Translations under genes and position numbers: made by a program | The notes under the pieces: generated by a model | Told to the model about the DNA's origin: nothing | What the model saw: only the letters and a program-made list of their open reading frames with translations | Databases searched by the model: none | In this document: positions 19,011 through 27,325 of the stretch, piece by piece | How the letters are laid out: the number at the start of each line of letters is the position of its first letter | Position numbering within the stretch: the stretch's first letter is position 1 | Source of the DNA: an uncultured Candidatus Peribacteria bacterium | GTDB lineage: Bacteria > Patescibacteriota > Gracilibacteria > UBA1369 > 2-02-FULL-48-14 | DNA: 40,000 bases | Reading direction: 5' to 3' | Assembly: GCA_964529435.1 (NCBI GenBank) | Contig: CAZGUT010000004.1 | Coordinates: 51,765 to 91,764, forward strand

Positions 19011-19799
19011 ATGACGTTAAGCGTACACGAATTCCCGGCAACTCCCGATCTTCCCAAGCTACCAAATATCTTAAAAGAATTTCTAAGTGGGCAAACAAAC
19101 CTACCAGATCTAGTTGACACCCGCGACGACACTCTCAGACGCGTATTAATTGCATCTTTGCACGCAACTCAAAAAGCACTTGAAGACTCTGACGCAGGAA
19201 AAGAAGCGGCAAATAAAGCCCCTTATCCAGAAAATCCAAGAGGCTCACAATCAGACAGATGGTTCGGAAATTTTGACGAATGGGGATGTCTTCAAAAAGG
19301 CTTAGGCGTACATCAAACGGCAAGCCAAATAAGCCGAGGAATTTTTACTCATGTAGGCCTAGGCCCCGGTTCCTTTACAGGAAGGAGGGAACAAGCAATA
19401 CCTGACTCACTTACCCTCGAAAGAGGACAAAATATTCAGATGTCAGAAACAGGAAATAGAACACATAGGATGGGAAGATTTTCTGTTGTGAGCCCTATAA
19501 GAAGGGACGCACACTTAAAAGCTTCTGGCCTGATAGAAATCACAGAGAGTGATGCAGTAAGCTCCACAAGTCTCGGGGGAGAAGACGGGAATCTATTTAT
19601 GAAAGAAGGTGGTAAATCTAATAGATCCCACTCCCCAATAGTTGTACCAATTTTTGGCACACATTTTGTGCCAGGTGAAGAAAGAGCATTCCTGGGCGTA
19701 TTAAACAAAGCACACACCTCTGGGGGTTATATCTCCAGACAACAACTAATACGTGGCTGTTTCATACCTTTTGGCAGTGGAGCGGTAGAAGCCTTTTAA
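19011..19799 (+). CDS. Hypothetical protein (262 aa)
   Basis: Longest ORF in the interval, ATG start. No motif recognised. Converges on the 843-aa gene. Confidence 0.5.
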   Translation: MTLSVHEFPATPDLPKLPNILKEFLSGQTNLPDLVDTRDDTLRRVLIASLHATQKALEDSDAGKEAANKAPYPENPRGSQSDRWFGNFDEWGCLQKGLGVHQTASQISRGIFTHVGLGPGSFTGRREQAIPDSLTLERGQNIQMSETGNRTHRMGRFSVVSPIRRDAHLKASGLIEITESDAVSSTSLGGEDGNLFMKEGGKSNRSHSPIVVPIFGTHFVPGEERAFLGVLNKAHTSGGYISRQQLIRGCFIPFGSGAVEAF

Positions 19800-19831
19800 A
19801 ACCCATTGCTGATCTGACAGCTCCTCCATCA

Positions 19832-22363
19832 TCAGAGTGCTTCACGTCTAACCCGACAATCTTTCCCATGTAAACACTGACTCAAACGTCTACCAATCCC
19901 CCTTGCACAAGCAGTCATCGAAGCAGCTTCTCCCTCATAACCTCCGGAACCAGCAATTGGGCAAGGACTTTTTGCCACTTCTTCAGCCTCTTTCATATTC
20001 GCACTTAATCTTTGAACGACTGTGGGTAATTGATCAAATGAAAATGGTCTATCCAAAAACTCTGCAAAAAATCTTCGTGGAATTCTGCCCTCATCCCCAT
20101 ACTGATACCCACAACGAAAATGCAAAATACGCTCATCCGGATCTTCAATTTGAGTATCTACATGACTATGAACACGAATAACCAAAGCACCTGCATCATC
20201 ATCAATTCTTCCAATAGTCTGACCCTCATCTTGACCTTCTGCATGATCAAACTGTGTCCAAAACTCAGCTTCAACTTGAGGAATTGCAGTAGTAGCAGTT
20301 TCTCCAGATTCACACAAAGGTCCAACTGTAAAGCAATGCCGATGAGGTGATGTGCCTGTAGAACCACAATAGGTAACCGCCAATTTTAATCTCTTACTGC
20401 TGGCCACTATAAAATTCTCTCTCCACCCGCGATACGGGTAAAAAGTCTTAAAATCATCAGGAGGCGTTCTCGAATGCCTGTCTGTAAGTCCTGCCACGGC
20501 ATGTAACAGATTGTCAAAAACAGAACTATCAACGCCACTTAACGTGACACCTTTTCTCACAAAAGCTAAAAAAGACTCACTATTACCTTCTCGACTATCA
20601 TTAAAAAGTTGACCTGCACAATCATGACCAGCCAAAAGCTCCGTATACCATTCAGGCTCCTCACCATCTCCTTCCGTTGACTCATCTTCATCCTCTTCCT
20701 CCGGCACAACCACAAAATTCCTTAACTCACCACTCGTGCGAGCAAAAATAAGACAAAGGCCAGTATCACTATTACGTCCAATTATTCCACCTTCTTCCCA
20801 AGAGGACGGCACACTAACAGTCCATCCACCAACAGTAGTCCTCGTTTCGTCTGAACCAGCAGCTTGCAAACATAATCTTAGATGTTCAAGACCTACACGA
20901 ATAGGCCTTTTTTGCCCACGGTCTAATTCAACAGGAACATAAAGATAACCATTTCCCAATCCAAGTCGAGCCAACCTATCCACAGGAGTATACCTGTCCA
21001 TATCTCGCAACGCCTCATCCCAATCCACAGCACCATCTTCCACAGCCGTTTCCTCTTCTTCCTCCACAGGCTCAGGCTCATCATCACGTCTTTCCATCCC
21101 CGGCTCAATCGCAAAACGCCGTATTGTAAAAGTTGCATCTCTACTACGACAAGTTGCACTACCATGTGACGCAGGTCTAGTATCAGCTTCAATTTTTTCG
21201 TCTTTAAGAACTACTTGCCAACCATCATCATGATATCCAATCACAGCTCCGTCCCTCCATCTGGAAGCATCACGAACATGCCAACCACCATGGTTATAAA
21301 TATCTTCACTAAATCTGGACGAAAGTGCCGCAGATATAGTTTCCATCAAGCCACTTGGGTTCAAATTTGCAGCATCACAAGTAATAGAATCAGACTTAAA
21401 AAGCTGACGGCTTTCATCGTGCCCAGTTATCCTAGTTATATGACTATAACCACCTCCAAGCTGCCATTTTTCTTCCCACGCACTAGGCCCATCGTCTTCC
21501 CCCGCCGGTTCCTCTCCCTCATCCTGCACACCACCCAAAACAGGCAATAACCGAACCTTGTCTCCCTCCTGTCCAACAAAAACGAGATCGATTATCACAC
21601 CTTGGCCATTCTCAAAACGCATAACAGGCGTATTTTGCACCCAATCAATAACTTCCATTGATAATCTCCAATCCCCATGTCGGTGCCCCTCAGGCGAGTG
21701 CTCATTCACACTCCGAAGAGCTAATCCAAGCCCACCAAAAAATTGATTCCAAATTTGACCTAAACCTTGTGCTCCACTTGGCAAATCATGCCCATATAAA
21801 GTCCTTTGAATTTCACCTTTCAAACCACCACCCCGGCTGTCACCACTATTTTCTTCATAAAGTTCAAAAACTCTGTCACCCATAACACTCGGCACCCGAG
21901 CATGAAGAATAGCTTTGTAAGGCTCTGCTCCAGCCTCTCTTTCGCCAAGCCCAGCATCTGCAGCTGCCTTAGGACGACGTCTTTTCAGCGCCAAACCATC
22001 TGGCCCCAACTGAACCATAGGTGGTACTTTCTTTTTTGGCTCGTCACCCTCTGCCTCCGGCTCATCCGGTTCATCAGCTGGCTTAGGCTTCTCCCACGTA
22101 CTTTTCCTTGCCTCCAATCTCGCCTTCAAAAACCTCTGCCCAGTAATAGTCCATTCAGGTTTATTTCGCCAGGTCAATAAAGCCCCCAATATACTTTGTT
22201 GTTGGTCAACCCGCATTCCACCAAGAATTTCATCAACAGCAGCCTCATCTCTTCGTTCAGCTGCCTCGCGAATATCAACTTGCGACTGCCTCCACTTATC
22301 TCTTTCCTGCCGCTCTGCGAACGACAACCGAGGTTTTTTCTTTTTCTTTCTTTTACTTCCCAT
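19832..22363 (-). CDS. Large hypothetical protein (843 aa) with poly-Lys N-terminus and internal GGW repeats
   Basis: Uninterrupted 843-codon ORF with ATG start, 54 nt downstream of mutL on the same strand. N-terminus MGSKRKKKKKPRL. Recurrent modules HGGWHVRDASRWRDGAVIGYHDDGW, VGGWTVSVPSSWEEGGIIGRNSDTG and HGDWRLSMEVIDW. Confidence 0.7.
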   Translation of the reverse strand: MGSKRKKKKKPRLSFAERQERDKWRQSQVDIREAAERRDEAAVDEILGGMRVDQQQSILGALLTWRNKPEWTITGQRFLKARLEARKSTWEKPKPADEPDEPEAEGDEPKKKVPPMVQLGPDGLALKRRRPKAAADAGLGEREAGAEPYKAILHARVPSVMGDRVFELYEENSGDSRGGGLKGEIQRTLYGHDLPSGAQGLGQIWNQFFGGLGLALRSVNEHSPEGHRHGDWRLSMEVIDWVQNTPVMRFENGQGVIIDLVFVGQEGDKVRLLPVLGGVQDEGEEPAGEDDGPSAWEEKWQLGGGYSHITRITGHDESRQLFKSDSITCDAANLNPSGLMETISAALSSRFSEDIYNHGGWHVRDASRWRDGAVIGYHDDGWQVVLKDEKIEADTRPASHGSATCRSRDATFTIRRFAIEPGMERRDDEPEPVEEEEETAVEDGAVDWDEALRDMDRYTPVDRLARLGLGNGYLYVPVELDRGQKRPIRVGLEHLRLCLQAAGSDETRTTVGGWTVSVPSSWEEGGIIGRNSDTGLCLIFARTSGELRNFVVVPEEEDEDESTEGDGEEPEWYTELLAGHDCAGQLFNDSREGNSESFLAFVRKGVTLSGVDSSVFDNLLHAVAGLTDRHSRTPPDDFKTFYPYRGWRENFIVASSKRLKLAVTYCGSTGTSPHRHCFTVGPLCESGETATTAIPQVEAEFWTQFDHAEGQDEGQTIGRIDDDAGALVIRVHSHVDTQIEDPDERILHFRCGYQYGDEGRIPRRFFAEFLDRPFSFDQLPTVVQRLSANMKEAEEVAKSPCPIAGSGGYEGEAASMTACARGIGRRLSQCLHGKDCRVRREAL

Positions 22364-22417
22364 AAACCAAAATTAAAAACTAAGGCCCAGAAACATACCC
22401 CAAAACTCACCACCTGT

Positions 22418-24127
22418 CTAGAAATTCCGCCTCTTAAACATCTCCTCCAACTTCTCAAAAGTCAGCTTCACGATCGCAGGCCGCCCATGCGGACAATGAG
22501 TACAATGCTTAGTTTTCTCCATATCTGCCACAAGCCCCTCCATCTCCGCCATCGTCAACACATCCCCAAATTTCACCGCTCCCCGACACGCCGTATAAGT
22601 CAAAATCACTTCCCTCACATCTTTAACTCGATTCCCAGACCCCCACTCTTTAACAACATCCGCAATCACCTCCTTCACGACTGCCTCCGGCTCACGCTTC
22701 TCAATCCCAGATGGCACCGCGCGCACCAAAAAAGTCGATCCGCCAAATGACTCAATCTCAAATCCAATCGCCTCAAAATCCGCCATATTCTCTGAAACAA
22801 TCCGTGCACTATCCACACCCAAATCCATCTCAAGAGGAGTCAATAACTTCTGACTCGCAACTTTCTCACCATCCAACGCCTCCATCAACTGAGCATACCG
22901 AACCCGTTCATGAGCCGCATGCTGATCAATCAACACAAGCCCATCCTCCGACTCCGCAATGATATAGGATGCAGCAATCTGTGCAATCGGCCGCATCACC
23001 GTTCCTTGCACGTCAAAAGTTCTTTGCTGAACAGGCCTATCCCTCTCCGGCAAACTCGGCCCCCAACTCAAATTCACCTGCTCCTGTTCACCCAATTTCA
23101 CAGTCTCCCCAGGCTTTATCTCACCGCTCTCAACCGGCCCCAACATCTCACCCTCCAGCGCATGATGCACGCAGCCCATCACCGCCTTATAAACCTCCTG
23201 CTGATTCACAAACTTCACTTCCAATTTCCGCGGATGCACATTCACATCCACAAACTGCGGATCAATCTGTACGTCCAGCAAATACCACGGAAACTTCTCA
23301 TGCATCAGCAGCGAATGAAAGGCCTCCTTCACCGCATGCCCAATCATCGCACTCTGAATCGCCCGCCCATTCACAAAAACAAACTGATATTTTTTACTCG
23401 ACCGCGCCAACTCCGGTTTCCCAACAAAACCCTCAATAATCAGGTTCGACTGATGATATTTCACTGGCACCAAAGCCTCCGCCGTCTGCCCACCAAACAG
23501 CACCCGAATCCTTTCTTTCAAGGACTGCCTCGCAGCCAAATCAAAAACCTCCACACCATCCCGCATCAATCGGAAACCAATCTCCGGATGCGACAAAGCA
23601 ATCCGCGAAATCATCTCAAAAATATGCCCATACTCAGTCTTCTCGGTTTTCATATATTTCTTCCTCGCCGGCGTATGATGAAATAACCCAAAAACAGAAA
23701 TATCCGTCCCGACTTTACACGCCTCTTCCTCAAACGCCACCTCCTTCCCACCATCAATCTCTACTTTCGTCCCAATCCGTTCTCCCTCCGTCCTCGTCTT
23801 CAAAACAACCCGGGAAATACTCGCAATACTTGCCAGTGCCTCCCCACGAAATCCCAAACTCTTAATCGCAAACAAATCATTCAACTCACCAATCTTACTC
23901 GTCGCATGACGCTCAAAAGCCAGCCGCGCATCCTCGCGACCCATCCCACATCCATTATCCACAACCCGGATCTTTCGCAGCCCACCCTCCTCGATCTCAA
24001 TCGCAATAGCAGTCGCCCCGCTGTCCACACTGTTCTCCACCAATTCCTTCACACAAGACGCAGGCCGCTCCACAACCTCACCGGCCGCTATTTGGCTTAT
24101 TAATGCGTCTGGAAGCACTTTGATCAT
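22418..24127 (-). CDS. mutL: DNA mismatch repair protein MutL (endonuclease-type C-terminal domain)
   Basis: MIKVLPDALISQIAAGEVVERPASCVKELVENSVDSGAT GHKL ATPase N-terminus. C-terminal motifs DQHAAHERVRY, ACRGAVKFGD and CPHGRP are present. The start is placed at the internal ATG (24127) because the canonical N-terminus begins there and a consensus promoter for the divergent gene occupies 24165-24192. Confidence 0.9.
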   Translation of the reverse strand: MIKVLPDALISQIAAGEVVERPASCVKELVENSVDSGATAIAIEIEEGGLRKIRVVDNGCGMGREDARLAFERHATSKIGELNDLFAIKSLGFRGEALASIASISRVVLKTRTEGERIGTKVEIDGGKEVAFEEEACKVGTDISVFGLFHHTPARKKYMKTEKTEYGHIFEMISRIALSHPEIGFRLMRDGVEVFDLAARQSLKERIRVLFGGQTAEALVPVKYHQSNLIIEGFVGKPELARSSKKYQFVFVNGRAIQSAMIGHAVKEAFHSLLMHEKFPWYLLDVQIDPQFVDVNVHPRKLEVKFVNQQEVYKAVMGCVHHALEGEMLGPVESGEIKPGETVKLGEQEQVNLSWGPSLPERDRPVQQRTFDVQGTVMRPIAQIAASYIIAESEDGLVLIDQHAAHERVRYAQLMEALDGEKVASQKLLTPLEMDLGVDSARIVSENMADFEAIGFEIESFGGSTFLVRAVPSGIEKREPEAVVKEVIADVVKEWGSGNRVKDVREVILTYTACRGAVKFGDVLTMAEMEGLVADMEKTKHCTHCPHGRPAIVKLTFEKLEEMFKRRNF

Positions 24128-24164
24128 ACAAGCATTATTGCAGAAACTGCCAGTTCCGCAAAGA

Positions 24165-24192
24165 TTGACAAATTCCAAAAAACAGATATAAT
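24165..24192 (+). promoter_or_regulatory. Near-consensus sigma70 promoter
   Basis: TTGACA -16 nt- TATAAT, 22 nt upstream of the ATG at 24214. Confidence 0.45.
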
Positions 24193-24213
24193 GCCAACTT
24201 CTTAACAAAAATC

Positions 24214-25149
24214 ATGTCTATTAAACATGAAAATTTTGATGCCCGAGTGGTGGGTATAGTTAGTGGTCAAATACCAAAGTCCGAGGAAGATGTAGAAAAG
24301 ACATATTTTTATGTTTTTGATGAAGAGTCACAAAGCTTAATTCCTGCGCCAAGAATTCACATCGCATTGCAGTCTAAAGAGCGTCTAGAAGGATATCGAC
24401 AAGATCGTAAAGGGGGGGTATGGTCTTTTTTGGAAGACGCAGGGGTTGAAAGAAGAGAAAGAATATTGGAAGAACGCTTATCAGCAGTAGACCTGTCACC
24501 AGAATTATTAAAGGTAATCATGAATGGGCGTGTTCATGTCAGTATACTTTTACATACAAATGGTGGAGATGGTAGAACCACAGAAATAATACTTAAATCG
24601 ATTGATTTGTGGAAAAGGAATGGCGGGCAGATTGACACCTATGCTCCAATGCTTGCTGCAAGTAATGGAGCTGAAATTTGGTCTGTAGGTGATAATAAAT
24701 ATGCTTGCAAAGACACAATAGCTCTATGGCATATAGGAGAGCCAACATTTGAGATGACAGAGGGAAATATGGCACTCTTAGAGGAAAGAGTTGAAAAAGA
24801 GCTAGAAGAAGAGGAAAAAGAGGAAGAAGATCCAGATGAAAAATACAGAGAAAAACTTAAAAAACAATTTAAAGCAGCAAAAGATTGTGAAGAAAAAGAA
24901 CGTACCTTGCACGCAATTGAACATCATCCAAATGCTGAATTCACACTAACTGGAGAAGAGCTTGACCAAATGGGTCTTGTCACCAACTTGTTTGATTCGT
25001 GGATAGAAATGGAAAGATATTTGGAAGTCAGATCCGGCTTTGAGATTCATGGTAAAGCAGATCTGCGAGATTTAAATGAGTTTTGTAGAGATATGGGGCT
25101 TAAATATCTTTTGTCCTTAGCCATGAGCAGAAATGCTCCTGAAGAATAA
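24214..25149 (+). CDS. ClpP/S14-fold serine-protease-like protein with Glu-rich insertion
   Basis: VSILLHTNGGDGRTTEIILKSIDLW...APMLAASNGAEIWSVGD...KDTIALWHIGEP aligns by eye with ClpP I.LYINSPGG...GQAASMGA...RIMIHQP. The Ser and His positions are conserved. C-terminal LTGEELDQMGLV resembles ClpP LSA.EA...GL.D. Confidence 0.5.
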   Translation: MSIKHENFDARVVGIVSGQIPKSEEDVEKTYFYVFDEESQSLIPAPRIHIALQSKERLEGYRQDRKGGVWSFLEDAGVERRERILEERLSAVDLSPELLKVIMNGRVHVSILLHTNGGDGRTTEIILKSIDLWKRNGGQIDTYAPMLAASNGAEIWSVGDNKYACKDTIALWHIGEPTFEMTEGNMALLEERVEKELEEEEKEEEDPDEKYREKLKKQFKAAKDCEEKERTLHAIEHHPNAEFTLTGEELDQMGLVTNLFDSWIEMERYLEVRSGFEIHGKADLRDLNEFCRDMGLKYLLSLAMSRNAPEE

Positions 25150-25573
25150 ATCTTATTGTCGACAAATAACAATACTTGATTGAAGTCTTTTTTCTGTGCT
25201 AACATTTCCCACTAAAAATTAATCCACGTGAATATGGCCCTAACAGAATGCGAACCCAGGGAATGTCACGGACGAATGGATGTGGATGGCTCAAGACGAA
25301 ATATTCGTTCAGAAAATCCAACAACATACCAGGTTGAAGGCACAGCCTGTGGTGCAAATGTATTCGGAGTTTGCGATGACCGTTGCGAAGATCAATGTCA
25401 TTTAGGAGGTGCAACAGACGAAGAATTACGAAGAACCACAGGAGTTGCAAGTGCACAAATAGCTGAATGCGTAATCGCAAGTTGGGAGACCACAATTTTC
25501 AGAACCGGCGGCGTCTAAAAATTTTCACTCCACCCCATTGACCCCAAACCCGTTCTATGGCAAAATCCCCGGG

Positions 25574-26755
25574 ATGAGCAAAATCAACACAGAGGCCAAA
25601 AAAGAGCGACATCAAAAGCTCTACGAAGGCCAATATCATTCTCGGCTGGGCAAGATTTGGTTCCATACCAAAAGAGTACTGAAGAGAATCTGGAGATTCA
25701 TAAAACCATCGCGGCGCAGCCTGCCTGAATTTATGCATCCTCTGGATAACATGCCCGCACCCAAAAGGCTCTATACACATCTAAGTATTTGGAGTATTGG
25801 CCTATTAATCCTCACATCTGTTAATGTCTCTCATGCCGCCTTCCAAGGAGGCCTTGGTGTTGGCGGCGAATACGAATTCCTAGCACTTGACCTGACAGAC
25901 AGCTCATACATGACGGACGAAGAAGGTTATCTGATCAAAAACATGCCACTGGAAGGCGAAGCCGTTTATGACCTAGACCGAATAGAAATTGTCCAACACG
26001 AAGTCCAATCCGGGGAAACCCTCTCAGTCATCGCCTACAGATACGGCCTGAACGTTGCCTCAATTCGTTACGCCAATAGCTCAATCTCAAACACAGACTA
26101 TCTCAAGGTTGGCCAAATCATAGAAATTCCACCAAAAGACGGACTTTACGTGGATATCTCCTCCGGCGACTCACTCGTGAAGCTCGTGGAAGAATACAAG
26201 GGTAACCTGGAAGAAACCATGGTCTTCAACAACCTGACTGACGAATCAGAATTAATCGCAGATGAAGAACTATTCATAATCGACGGAGAACCAGAAGTCG
26301 TTTATGTAGCAGCTACAACATACACCGCGCCAGCTTACACATACACAACGCCCGTTTATTACGACATCCCAGCCAACGCAGAAGGCTGGATCCGCCCAAC
26401 TCAAGGGAGTATCACACAGGGTTATCGCTCATGGCATTACGCCTACGACATCGCCGACCGCAGTAAACCACCAATTCTTGCCGCAGCATCCGGAACCGTG
26501 AGTAAAGCATACTCAGGCGGTTGGGGAGGGGGTTACGGAAATCACGTAATTATTGACCATGGAAACGGATACCAAACCTTATACGCTCACTGTGAAACCG
26601 TTTATGTAAATACTGGCGACTATGTTGAGCAAGGGCAACTGATTGGAAAAATGGGGAACACAGGACGTGTTTACGGAGCCACCGGAATCCATCTCCATTT
26701 TGAAATCACCTATAACGGTGTGAAACAAAATCCTAGTATTATGGGTGTTTGGTAG
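25574..26755 (+). CDS. LysM domain-containing M23 family peptidoglycan peptidase
   Basis: TM anchor. LysM: HEVQSGETLSVIAYRYGLNVASIRYANS...LKVGQIIEIP. M23 core: GYGNHVIIDHGNGYQTLYAHC...GNTGRVYGATGIHLHFE. The ATG at 25574 is preferred over the TTG at 25538. Confidence 0.85.
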   Translation: MSKINTEAKKERHQKLYEGQYHSRLGKIWFHTKRVLKRIWRFIKPSRRSLPEFMHPLDNMPAPKRLYTHLSIWSIGLLILTSVNVSHAAFQGGLGVGGEYEFLALDLTDSSYMTDEEGYLIKNMPLEGEAVYDLDRIEIVQHEVQSGETLSVIAYRYGLNVASIRYANSSISNTDYLKVGQIIEIPPKDGLYVDISSGDSLVKLVEEYKGNLEETMVFNNLTDESELIADEELFIIDGEPEVVYVAATTYTAPAYTYTTPVYYDIPANAEGWIRPTQGSITQGYRSWHYAYDIADRSKPPILAAASGTVSKAYSGGWGGGYGNHVIIDHGNGYQTLYAHCETVYVNTGDYVEQGQLIGKMGNTGRVYGATGIHLHFEITYNGVKQNPSIMGVW

Positions 26756-26779
26756 CACCAAAAAATTCAGGTTTTTGTC

Positions 26780-26809
26780 AGGACAAAAGCTAATAATTTT
26801 GCATATAAT
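26780..26809 (+). promoter_or_regulatory. Candidate promoter placing the transcription start at or next to the ATG (leaderless)
   Basis: AGGACA -18 nt- TATAAT. The -10 hexamer ends 6 nt before the ATG at 26816, and there is no Shine-Dalgarno sequence. Confidence 0.3.
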
Positions 26810-26815
26810 TCTTTT

Positions 26816-27256
26816 ATGTATGTAAAAAGATTTTTAGAATGGATTGGCTTAAAAGAAAAGCTACACAAAAAGCTTTCTAAGGCTCCCTGTGTCTCAGAAG
26901 GCGAAATATGGTGGGCCAGTATTGGTGAAAATATTGGGTCTGAAATCAATGGGAAAAGTAAATTATTTTCGCGACCAGTGATTATCTTCAGGAAATTAGC
27001 TCACGATTACTATTTTGTTATTCCTACTACTACAAAAACAAAATCTGGGACTTGGTATGTCTCGTACCACCAGGGTGGAATCGACGCAAATGCCTGTTTG
27101 CAACATGCTCGAGCTATTGATTATCGACGTTTATATTCAAGATTAGGGGAGCTTGATTCAGATGATTTTATGGAAGTGAAGAAAGGATTCAAAGACCTGT
27201 ACTTACAAAATTTTCCCTCCGCCAGGGCGGAGGGTCGCGGGGAATCCCGAATGTAG
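26816..27256 (+). CDS. PemK/MazF-fold toxin-like protein (solitary)
   Basis: EGEIWWASIGENIGSEINGKSKLFSRPVIIFRK...VIPTTTK...ACLQHARAIDYRRL matches the MazF/PemK pattern (G.I.W...G.N.G.E..G..RP.L...). No antitoxin-sized ORF is adjacent. Confidence 0.65.
   Translation: MYVKRFLEWIGLKEKLHKKLSKAPCVSEGEIWWASIGENIGSEINGKSKLFSRPVIIFRKLAHDYYFVIPTTTKTKSGTWYVSYHQGGIDANACLQHARAIDYRRLYSRLGELDSDDFMEVKKGFKDLYLQNFPSARAEGRGESRM
27215..27234. repeat. GC-rich near-perfect palindrome inside the 3' end of the MazF-like ORF
   Basis: CCCTCCGCC-ag-GGCGGAGGG (9-bp arms) in an otherwise AT-rich gene. It encodes the tail ...PSARAEGRGESRM. Confidence 0.6.
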
Positions 27257-27325
27257 CTAAATTGTACGCTTATAGCGGGGCAAAAGTCAATGTGCTAAAC
27301 TGTCGCAGAATTTAATTTACTCTAA

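Noticed and set aside
22910-23686. 258-aa and 156-aa + strand ORFs (also 22196-22750)
   Set aside because: They are antisense to mutL and the 843-aa gene. The translations are Pro/His/Gln-rich and low-complexity, so these are shadow ORFs.
24128-24208. 27-codon N-terminal extension of mutL given in the ORF track
   Set aside because: The canonical MutL N-terminus starts at the internal Met (MIKVLPDAL...). The extension would also cover the consensus promoter of the divergent gene.
25199-25537. RNase P RNA or tmRNA in the unexplained gap
   Set aside because: The + strand has short matches to motifs I recall from bacterial RNase P RNA: GTGCAACAGA at 25409, TAGCTGAATG at 25460 and CAGAACC at 25499. 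However, the universally conserved GGAAAGUCC strand is absent and no complementary P4 partner exists. The motif spacing also does not fit. For tmRNA, neither strand gives a T-arm/acceptor 3' end or a plausible tag reading frame.
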